Source of the DNA: Porphyridium purpureum | Taxonomy: Eukaryota | Direction of reading: 5' to 3' | DNA: 64,000 nucleotides | NCBI GenBank assembly: GCA_008690995.1 | Contig: VRMN01000004.1 | Span: forward strand, 620,001-684,000 | Part shown: piece after piece, positions 11,412 to 20,900 of the stretch | Position numbering within the stretch: the first letter of the stretch is position 1 | Layout: each line of letters starts with the position of its first letter | Translations under genes and position numbers: made by a program | Notes under the pieces: generated by a model | What the model was told of the DNA's origin: nothing | The model's database searches: none | The model's input: only the letters and a program-made list of their open reading frames with translations

Positions 11412-12166
11412 GGACTGTTCGAGCTTGCGGGAACCCGTCGCGTTCGTAAATGGATCCGCTCGTCACCGCGTTGTGTCCTCCTGTAAGCCACATTCTTCTC
11501 TGCGATGTGTCAGCGTGACGGCGTCAGCTGCCGCGCATCGGCTGACAGACACCGTGACTGAACGAGCTGGTTCTGCTTTCTTGCGGCGAACCGAAAAAGG
11601 TATCAATGCGACACAGGCATGTGCGCGGAAGGGGCGATGATATCAAACAGAGTAAAGAAACCACACGCCAGTTTTCTGTGTACTTCGTTCCCGACCCGCG
11701 ACGCAGCATATGGCGCAGGGTGTTTGATGCGCACGACTGAGCGGAAGCGTGATGAGCTTGTAAAAGGCATCTCGACCTCTTCGCTAGTGCAGCCAGCCGC
11801 GGCCGCGATCACGTGGCGTTGATTCAAGTGCACACTGCGCCGGCCAGTATCTTATTGCTCTTTACACGTGCTAAATCTTGTGCAGAACCTTCTTCAGGCA
11901 CTTTACTCTCTGCGTGTCTTGCACGACGTGACTCTCCGTTCCAGAGGTCGCGCGTTGCTTTGGATGTGCAACCAGGAGAGAGCGGTTCGGTGAGGAGAAG
12001 CGGCTTCGTACAGCGTGGCAGCTCTCCCAGACGCGCCGTCGTCGATCTCAGCGCCTGGCGCAAGGCGTGTCAACACTGCAAACACACGCCGTCCCCGGCG
12101 TCTTCTACGCGCTTACGTTTTCTCAAGTCGTAAGCCATCAAAGATCATTTGGACGCGGATCGCGAC

Positions 12167-13210
12167 ATGCGCACGCGAACGAACGGCATGAAGAGAAGCG
12201 CTGCACCTTGCTTCTCTTGGACAGCAGTGCCGGGAAGGCTCCAGGACCCGCAGCAAGCTGGGCTGGCCAGGCCGCGCGTGTGCAGCAGTCGTTGCCGAGG
12301 TGCCGTTTTTCGGCTAGCGCTGAAGTGCGAAGACGAAGCATGCCAGGGCCCAGATCCACGAGATCTCTCGCGCAGGGCTCTCGTTAAGGCTGCCTTGGCA
12401 AGTGCGGGCTTGTGCAATGTTTATTTTCTGCGATCGGACCGCGCGGCGGCTGAGGGACTGACATCAACGACAACGCCCGCCCTCTCGAAAAAGTACCAAC
12501 AGTTGAGAAGGCGATTGGATGACGAGGCGGCAATTAAGCAGGCGGGAGTGGCGCCTTTTGCCGAGGAGCAGTACTTTCCGGCCTGGATGAATGGTGAGTG
12601 GAATGTGCACAGTACAATCTGGCGGGTTCTCACGCCGCAGGGCGACCAGCTGGCCAACGCAGACGCCGCCCGCGTCGCTTTCGCCGATATCGGCCGCACG
12701 GTCGACTACTCTTTGAGGTTCAAACCCGTGCAACGAGAGGGCGACGCACAGCCCCGGTACGTTCCAGATCGGGTTTTCAACACCATCTCGTCGACCAACG
12801 CATTTGCGGGGCGTCCCGTGATTGCGTCTGTGTCCATTGAAAACTCGCGACCAAAGCGACTGATCGCCCTTTACAGAGGTGCAACAGGGGCACGCAGTTT
12901 GCAGTTCGTGAACAATCGAAGCGCTGAGATCATAACCAATCCGGACGGAAAACCTGAGTTTATCTGCTCGGAGTCATATCGTCAGGTTTTTTACAATCCT
13001 AGCAGTGATCGCGGCCCTGTCACCACGGACTACGAGATAATCCAGCGGTTTGTCCAGGTCAATGAGAAGCGTCTTGAGGGAACACTGCGTGTCGCTGTAT
13101 ACTTGCAGCCGCTCGACCAGAAGTATTTTGACGCAGGCAATAAGGCTGTCTTAATGACGGACTCGACAATCGTTCTGGACAAGCTCCAGCCCGGGGAAGG
13201 ATCGGTCTGA
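12167..13210 (+). CDS. Probable thylakoid-lumen protein of a conserved cyanobacterial/plant family (DUF6816-like)
   Basis: Bipartite leader with a twin-arginine motif LSRRALVKAAL...AAAE, followed by YFPAWMNGEW and DRVFN motifs. Confidence 0.65.
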   Translation: MRTRTNGMKRSAAPCFSWTAVPGRLQDPQQAGLARPRVCSSRCRGAVFRLALKCEDEACQGPDPRDLSRRALVKAALASAGLCNVYFLRSDRAAAEGLTSTTTPALSKKYQQLRRRLDDEAAIKQAGVAPFAEEQYFPAWMNGEWNVHSTIWRVLTPQGDQLANADAARVAFADIGRTVDYSLRFKPVQREGDAQPRYVPDRVFNTISSTNAFAGRPVIASVSIENSRPKRLIALYRGATGARSLQFVNNRSAEIITNPDGKPEFICSESYRQVFYNPSSDRGPVTTDYEIIQRFVQVNEKRLEGTLRVAVYLQPLDQKYFDAGNKAVLMTDSTIVLDKLQPGEGSV

Positions 13211-13256
13211 AGCCATTCCATCCACCGTGCTCAGAACGGCACAATCTGCCAATACG

Positions 13257-14270
13257 TCAGTCACGCTGGAGCCCAGAGGACATGTTACTCTGCGATCTGT
13301 ACTTCTGGTTGTACAGTTCCGATTCCTCGTGCGTTAAAAGCCCGTCACGGTCGAGATCTCTCTGATCAAAGGCACGTAACAGATCATCGACATCTCCCCT
13401 TTCGATCTTTTGCAAATGAAGCAGCATGCTGACCACAAACTCAAATCGACGAAGTGCGTTATCTTGGTCCAAATCCATCATTTTGAATCCTTGCCGAGTG
13501 AACGCCTTGCTTAGGAGCGCCTTGCGCGCCTTGCGCTCAGAGCGCGCCGCAAAGGCAGATGTGTAGTCACCAACGAGCTTACCCAGGCTGATTGTCATGA
13601 ACACAATCCAAAAAACAGAAACTGTCTGCATGACCGCATGTCTCGGGTGAAAGTCGCCCAAACCCACGGTGCTCGCGGTGATTATAACAAAGTAGATCGC
13701 GTCCACGAAGCCCATGCCGTCGCCAAAGTGAAACATGATGACAGACAGGAAAATCAGCCCCACAAAGAACGCCGTGGATGCTACTAAATGGTGCTGCTCG
13801 GCCTTGGTCAATCGATCAGTGGCTGTTGCGTCACTTATATCCTGCGAGTTATGATCTGCCACATTCTGCACAAGCTTGCCTAAATTGGAGTCGATCAAGT
13901 TCTCGACCAGAAGCGATAAAAAGCTGAACACAAAGCCAACGGAAAGGCAGATGTACAAGCATGTGAACAGTTTTGACAGGTCGGATGAAGGTGTGATGTC
14001 GCCATATCCCACGGTGGTCAGCACGACCACGCAGAAATACGCGCTTGCCTCGAGGGACCAATTCTCATAAAAGTGGAAAAAGCACGTTCCAACCACAAAA
14101 TGCGCGCACACCAGGACTACCAGCAGCCAATTCTTACCCAAAGTGCTCACCCACACCGGCGTCGTTCGCATCTGCTCCAACTTTGCCGACGACTTCTCGC
14201 CGTCATCCTCCATTCCCGCTGCGCTGGCCGCCGGCGCCAGCAGCGGCGCGGACTCTTCCACAAATGCCAT
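13257..14270 (-). CDS. TPK: Two-pore K+ channel (TPK/KCO type) with C-terminal EF-hands
   Basis: Four TM segments and two pore loops (TTVGYGD, STVGLGD). EF-hand loops DLDQDNALRRFE and DLDRDGLLTHEE. Confidence 0.9.
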   Translation of the reverse strand: MAFVEESAPLLAPAASAAGMEDDGEKSSAKLEQMRTTPVWVSTLGKNWLLVVLVCAHFVVGTCFFHFYENWSLEASAYFCVVVLTTVGYGDITPSSDLSKLFTCLYICLSVGFVFSFLSLLVENLIDSNLGKLVQNVADHNSQDISDATATDRLTKAEQHHLVASTAFFVGLIFLSVIMFHFGDGMGFVDAIYFVIITASTVGLGDFHPRHAVMQTVSVFWIVFMTISLGKLVGDYTSAFAARSERKARKALLSKAFTRQGFKMMDLDQDNALRRFEFVVSMLLHLQKIERGDVDDLLRAFDQRDLDRDGLLTHEESELYNQKYRSQSNMSSGLQRD

Positions 14271-14588
14271 GCCAACAGCGCTCTGAAAGGCTGCAGTGGA
14301 GTTCGTTGAGCGCTGCGCTCCCGACCGTCGCCGACGTTGGCGCCCTACTGCCGCGTCTTTGACGACACCTTGTCCGCAGCACCTCGGCTTACCGCGTCAC
14401 CTTGTTCGTTCCAGGAAGCCGACACGGTCAAAATGTGAAGGCTCGCGCGTTTTCTATAATAAAATGGTGCAGTTTCCTATGAAACCGGACGGACCGGTGT
14501 GAGGACGATTTGGAGGAGCAGCAGAGACTCCCGGGGAAGAAGGGATAGCGCTTGTTCAGACGTGTGGTATGAGTCGTGAGGACAAAGA

Positions 14589-15461
14589 ATGGCGCGAATA
14601 CTGCGAGACGCCGAGCTCTTTGGGCCGTCGTCCAAGGGCTCTACGCTGGGCTCGAAACAGGAGGTAATGACAGAGTCGGTTCCGCCGCTGAAGGAAAGGC
14701 TGCATGTGCACGGGAAACGGCGTATGGAGCCTGCGTCTGACATGCAGTCGAGGCCGGCAAAAGCGATGATGAGGGGCACGTCATCGAGCAGAAGGCTTCC
14801 ATGTGCTTCGGAGACTCCGGAGAAAAGATCATCCGAGCGTGTGCCGAGGGCGGTGATTCGGTCTCCGCGTACCTTGGACGAGACCATCAATCAGTTCACA
14901 ACCGCACAGTCGATGCTCCTGACTATCAGGCGGAACAGGTCAGCACCGCGTCCCAGCTCGAGCAGAAATACGCAACGGCACCCCGTGCCCACTTTGAGCG
15001 AATTTGCCCTCCGGGCGATTCGGCAGAACCTGTCACAACTCGACCGCCTGGGCGATCTCCCAGATGAGTTTGTGTTGCCCGCTTTGAGCGGTGTGAACAT
15101 GCTGAATTTGAGCAGAATTCATGCGCGAAACCCGGGACGCGACCGTCTCTTCGACGTCTTTTGGGCGAGAATATGTGTTTCTGAGTTTGGCAAACTGAAC
15201 TGCCCATCCCTTCCGGAGCGCTTCAACACGTGGCGCGAGTTCTACGAGTATCGCACACAAGAGCTCAAGGATAAGGAGGAACACGCGCGCAAAGTATTAC
15301 GTGCTGCCCAGGAGCGCGAGACCGCTCAGCGAGAAAGACGCTGCGTGCAGCGAATTTCGCATCAGGACCAGTTCCGCCAGATTTCCAGTTTTCGGCCGCG
15401 ATTCGAAAACACGCTCCGCAGCATTCGTAAGCAGATAGGGAAACGCCCAAATCTGTTCTGA
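14589..15461 (+). CDS. Elongin-A domain protein
   Basis: BC-box-like VPTLSEFALRAIRQNL..L..LGDLP, followed by L.RI...NP...W..IC..EF...TWREFY. Confidence 0.75.
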   Translation: MARILRDAELFGPSSKGSTLGSKQEVMTESVPPLKERLHVHGKRRMEPASDMQSRPAKAMMRGTSSSRRLPCASETPEKRSSERVPRAVIRSPRTLDETINQFTTAQSMLLTIRRNRSAPRPSSSRNTQRHPVPTLSEFALRAIRQNLSQLDRLGDLPDEFVLPALSGVNMLNLSRIHARNPGRDRLFDVFWARICVSEFGKLNCPSLPERFNTWREFYEYRTQELKDKEEHARKVLRAAQERETAQRERRCVQRISHQDQFRQISSFRPRFENTLRSIRKQIGKRPNLF

Positions 15462-15566
15462 TTGTTCCGCGACAAAAGGATATGTCTCTTCTCAACGGCG
15501 TACGAGGAGAAAGCTACTTTATTTTTTTATGACACATTAAACGGCGGATTAACCGTTCATACTAGG

Positions 15567-17357
15567 CTACTGCTTGAAGCTCATCGAGTACGATCCTGTC
15601 GTGGGATCCTGTTGTAAATTGAAGTTGTCCAGGCTGAGTCCAAACTTACCCAACAATGAGTTGCCTAGATCTTTCAGCTGGCTCATGGCCTGCGCCATAT
15701 CCTTTTCGTCCTTATCCTTACAGAGCTGTGCTAGTCTTGCCACCTCAGAGGCCGATATGGATGTCGCATCTAGCTCTCGCATCTTGCGAGCGGCTTCCAA
15801 TGCCTGGCCAAGCTGACCGTCAAGCTCACAGGCCATCTTCAGTCGCGCATAGCCCTTGACGTACGTGGCTTCAAGATGCACTGAACGTTTGGCATCCTGA
15901 AGGGCCTCCTTTGGGCGCAAGTTCGGACTGTCTTTACCCTCCTCTGTACGCAGCAGCGTTGCAGCACGATTTGCGTATAAGACGGCTCGTGTAGTGCTTG
16001 TCAAGCACGTGCATCGCAGTGCCATTGAATATTTTCTGCGAGCATCACTGAACGCATTGCGCGTAAACGACTCGTTGCCTTGTTTCTTAAGTTCCATGGC
16101 TGCATCCTCATCCACTTCGCCAGCAAGGATTAAAGGTACAAACCTTACTTCGGTCACAGAGCTTCCAAAAGCCTTGTCCAAAAGTCGTTTGAGAGACTGG
16201 CTCACTTGGCGTGTAGAAAACATAACGTAGGGCCGTTGCATGTTTTCATTCACGACCAAGCCAAGCAAGTTGTCCAGAACTTGCACGGCATCATCTCGGT
16301 ACGGATTCCGGGCATCGTCATCGTCATCCTCGGGCACGCGTCCGGGAGCCGGGACGTGAGGACTTGCCTGTCGAGCGAGAATTTCGTCCACGTTCGAGAA
16401 TGCAATCGAAAAGATTGCCTGAGGAAAGATCTTTCCATATTCAAGGAGTCGCAACAGGACAATTGGAGCAGTCACCAGCACATCTGGAAGCACCAGGTCG
16501 TCATCATCATCCAGGAATACTTCTGCGTCTTCTTCTCCCATCTTTGCAACATGAAGGCCTTCTGTGTCCGCCAGTAGGTGCCGCAACGTTTGAGCGCTCG
16601 CATTAATGTCTTGGTACGTGTTTGTGAGGAGCACGGAGCACTTGTGTTCAGAGCATCCTTTTGCGTCCCTCTGACGTTCTGATACTCGCTGCCAGAGCAA
16701 CGTAAACAGCAGACAGCCGATAGACTTGCCCGAACCTGTCGGAGCACATACGACCAGGGTTTTCAACAAACTCGGCAACGAAAAGGTGCCACTCTCTCCT
16801 TTTTCAGTCGATGGTGCGGGTTCGCTGGCACTGAGCTTGACAAAGTTGAGCACCAGCTTTTGCACCGGATTGAGGTCAGTGATATCTAGATCTATCCATG
16901 GAGCCACACGTACATTCGCTAATCCCGACATCTCTGCAAATACCGTTTCGAGTGATATCCTGTCCGACACACCAGCCAACAATTCCTTCGTGAGTGTTGT
17001 CCTCTGTTGAACACTTTGCCGCAAGGCAGTATCGTTATTGAAGATGACATCCATTAGCTGCTGCTGCGACACTGGAAGCGCTTCGACAGAAGGCTGCAGA
17101 TCATACAAAAGCTCATCCGGCTCCAAATCATGCTGCAACCAGTCATCCTGATCAGCCTCGTCCATCTCACTCGCGCCGGCGTCATTCATTGTCGCGCCGT
17201 GGCCTTCGTCCGGAGCCTGACTGCCAGGCGCCTCCAACTCCTCGTCCGACGACCACGAATCGGATTGGGCTCCAAGTGAGTCCGAGGACGACGACTGGGC
17301 CTTTTCATCGAGGTCCTCGACAAACGCCTTTGCGTGCGGAGCGGGCGCATTCTCCAT
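15567..17357 (-). CDS. Fusion of a degenerate DEAD-box RecA1 domain with a TTC1-like TPR domain
   Basis: APTGSGKS Walker A, DVLVTAP and MFST. TPR motifs LKKQGNESF...A...YS.AL, LYANRAA, YVKGYAR. TTC1-type tail LKDLGNSLLGKFGLSLDNFNLQQDPTTGSYSMSF. Confidence 0.75.
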   Translation of the reverse strand: MENAPAPHAKAFVEDLDEKAQSSSSDSLGAQSDSWSSDEELEAPGSQAPDEGHGATMNDAGASEMDEADQDDWLQHDLEPDELLYDLQPSVEALPVSQQQLMDVIFNNDTALRQSVQQRTTLTKELLAGVSDRISLETVFAEMSGLANVRVAPWIDLDITDLNPVQKLVLNFVKLSASEPAPSTEKGESGTFSLPSLLKTLVVCAPTGSGKSIGCLLFTLLWQRVSERQRDAKGCSEHKCSVLLTNTYQDINASAQTLRHLLADTEGLHVAKMGEEDAEVFLDDDDDLVLPDVLVTAPIVLLRLLEYGKIFPQAIFSIAFSNVDEILARQASPHVPAPGRVPEDDDDDARNPYRDDAVQVLDNLLGLVVNENMQRPYVMFSTRQVSQSLKRLLDKAFGSSVTEVRFVPLILAGEVDEDAAMELKKQGNESFTRNAFSDARRKYSMALRCTCLTSTTRAVLYANRAATLLRTEEGKDSPNLRPKEALQDAKRSVHLEATYVKGYARLKMACELDGQLGQALEAARKMRELDATSISASEVARLAQLCKDKDEKDMAQAMSQLKDLGNSLLGKFGLSLDNFNLQQDPTTGSYSMSFKQ

Positions 17358-17994
17358 GGCGATTTTTTGTTGTGAACACACAGAATTCAAGCCGCTGTCA
17401 TCACCGCCGCCGCCAACCACCACCACCACGACGACAGTCGCAGGAGCACGGCGCAAGGAACCGCGACGTCAACTTCCAACGACGACGCCGAGCCGCCTCC
17501 GCACACGTCTCGCGCACGCGAGAAAAGTCCGCTGAGAAAAGTACCGCACGGTACAGTGAATGTTGCTCACACTGTACTTTAGGGTTGACGCGGGATGCCC
17601 TGCCGTTTACAGCGCTCCGGAGGTAGCACGTGCGGCCGCTCTCTCTGTCTCTCGCTCTCTTCATGCGCAATCGGTGTTCGTTGGAGACGGTATGAGCTGA
17701 ACCATCGTGTCATGAAAGAGATAGCACGCAAAAGCTTGCCAAAGTCGGTTATCATGACCCGCTTGGCAGACAGAACAGGGCAGGAGAAAAAAAATTTAAA
17801 AAAAATTATCAATAAAATGGGCATGCTCGCAGGAAAACTGAGAAAAGTCGCGCTGTGGAAAAAAAAAGGTTTCACTTCGATGACTAAAGTTAAGTCGGCG
17901 AAAACAAAGTTGCGTGCCAAGACGATCTTCAAATTGCACACACAACAAACCCACTGCCTTCACACGACTGTCGATTGTACAATGACGGAGGCTA

Positions 17995-20900
17995 TCAATT
18001 CATGACCCTGCTCAACGCGTCAAACGCGAAGAAGGCGGCGCCTACTTTGTATGATTCGTGTTCGGACGCCCGCGTAGGAAGGCGGCGCAAGGTTGCTCCT
18101 CGCGCAAGAGTGCCTTGCGGGCCAAACGTACCAATCCGGTGGCTGGCCAGTCGAGAGCCGTGCGACGCTTCCAAATCAACGACCGTATGTTCGCTGGACC
18201 CGCCACTTTGCCAGGTGCTGGAACCTGAGACACTCTGAACTTCTCCAGCAAGACCCGAGCTGCGGCCAGCACCAGCCCCTGTTCCCGCGCCTCCTTTCGA
18301 GCGGGCGCTGACTTGGCCCTTGTCCAAGGCCTTTGTCTCGGCGAAGCTGTCCAACAGCACTGCGCGCTCTTCAATGTTCGTGCCGTGTATGCCTGCATAA
18401 ACCAGTGCCACCGTGAGATACAAGAGATTAAAGACAAACAAGCCTACAAAGAAGCCAGCGTACCCAGTCAAGTCCCCGATAAACTTGAGAGCGCTGTAGC
18501 TGGGAATCGTATTGAGCTCAACGGTATTATTGGCGCCAAAGTTGCCGCTCGTCGACCCGAACTTCAGGCGCGCACGCATGTATGCTTGCTGCGTGCTCTG
18601 TTCGAACACCCCCAGATCATGTGACGTGACACGATACCCGTAACGTGTGTTGTTATCAATGCTGCTTATGCCGAGCAGGATTTCAACCTGCGTATTGGGC
18701 GACTCGGTGGCTACCTGTTCCAAACGCTGAATACCAGTCCAAACGCCTGTACCTGACGGTTGCTCCATCAAGATACTCACCGAGTTGGAGAACGATTGAT
18801 TTGCAACACGATACGCGTCCCATGGATTGCTGCCTTCAATGGTGTAATTCCCGGCACCATTTTTGACAACCACAAAGTCTGCCTCAGAATCGGTCGGATA
18901 AATCACGCCACTGAAATATACCAATGAACAGAGCGCGTCGTCGTTGAATCCTTCAAACTCGCTCAAAGGCGAGCCGTCATCGATGCGAATTTTACCCGCA
19001 TCTAGTAGCTGATTCCGGCGCTGCATCAGAATCTGCTCCTGGTATGGATGTGAGTCTGCCAGAATCCTACCAAAGCCGGCGCCGTTCATGCAAGGCGTGT
19101 AGAGCGCGTCCGTAAAAAAATCAACAAAGATATCCGGCACTGGCTCGTCCTCAGCGACCGTTTCGTTGAACCACACACGGTAGCACACTCTGCAATCGTT
19201 TTGCGCATTTGCCGGGTCGATCGCAATGGTTGCCGCCGCCGCAGAACCGTCGCCGGCACAGCTGCTACCATTTGCCACGCGAGACACCTTATTGGCACCC
19301 CAGATCGGTCCAAAGATGACTTGGTCTGCGGTGGGCGCGAGAGAGTAACTGAACTCTCCGCGCCCGGCACGCGCAAACCCGAACATGGGCGTGCCGTCAT
19401 CAAGAATCTGAACGCCATTGTTTGTCCCATTGCGGTCTTGGCAAACCATAAGAGGAGGCAACGGCAGCGGGGCGCGCGGCAGTGTGTTGAAATTATACGC
19501 AAGTAGGTTGGGACTGTTGATGTAGAATGCGATAAGAAAGCCTGACGCAACCGCGGCACCTATGAACAAAATCAGAAGCAGTGTCAAGAGACCAATAAAA
19601 GCCCACTTGGATACCTGCTTGGCCAGCACTTGCTCCTCTTCCTCGACATTCGCAGTCGCAGATGCATCGATATTGGCACTGTTTCTCTTTCTCAGGCTCA
19701 GCCAAGCCACCAAAGGCGGAAGCAAGTAAAAGAAAATCCCAAAGACGCTCAAACCTGACAGGTTGCCGAGGACTGCGGCAACATCTTGCGTAAACTCCAG
19801 GTTTGAATATCTGTACACCATCGAAACCATTTCAAACAGCTGCGAATTGAAGGAAAACCCGATTTGGACTGAGAGGGCGCTATTCGTTCCCGACCAGCCG
19901 TCCAAGAACCGATCCCGCACACTTTCTCGAGTTTCAATTTGCGTCACCAGATCGGGAGCAAGCACAATGGAGGACGCCCCATTCTCCTGCTTGATATCCA
20001 CATCCGTTGTTTGAGCAAAGGAGACGTGCAGATCGCTGCTCATGGGCACGATGCCGCTAAGCTGAACATCTGATAAGTTGGCAGACAGTGCAGTGAACAT
20101 CTCAACCTGCTGGAAAACATCCACACGTGGAAGCGGAAAATGGCGCGGCGTTTGCGCGGACCCATACTCGAGTTTCAGGTTACTCTCATTCACAAAGGAA
20201 AACAACGGCGGCCCTAGTCCCGGCTCTGGCAATACATTAGCACTTCCTTCGACAGGGAAAACGGCCCCCGAAGTGAAGATGAGATCGCACAGCGCAAAAG
20301 CATTTGAGACCATATCTGCCTGGACCCTGAACTGTTCCGAAAATGGAGGCCTTGCCTGAGAGCTCGAACTTGAACTGCTGCTTCCGATAATGCCGCCTTC
20401 TGCCAGGGCGTCCCAATTGTCCACTACCCACTCCCAGGTTGGCGCCGCGGAGCAGCATAGCTCGCACGACGCAAAGCAGCAAGCGAATACATTATTCCAG
20501 AGGAAGCTGACAGTCAATTTGTCTCCTAGGCTGGCCGCCGAGACGTTGTTCGCAGCGCGCTCAAACATGTAGCACGTCTGGCATACCGTGTTTCCGGCTG
20601 ATAAGTCCAGCGCTGCTGTCAGATCACTCGGAAAGCTGGGCGCGCCAAGAGAGCCGCAGCCAAGCGATTCACCAAGCTGCTCATACTCATCATCCCCTCC
20701 TCCAAGTTCCAGAAAATGAAATTCCTCTACGTTCACAAAGAAGCCTCGCCGCAGAACACTTTTGGCCTCCTGGCCACACCGCGCCTGGCCCCCGAAAGTC
20801 ACACAATCTACATCATACGGCACAGACGGCGCATTCGTGGCAAGCGGCGAGAGCGGTGCGCCAGTGTTGGGCAATGCTTTGAGCTGCTCAGTGCCCCAAG

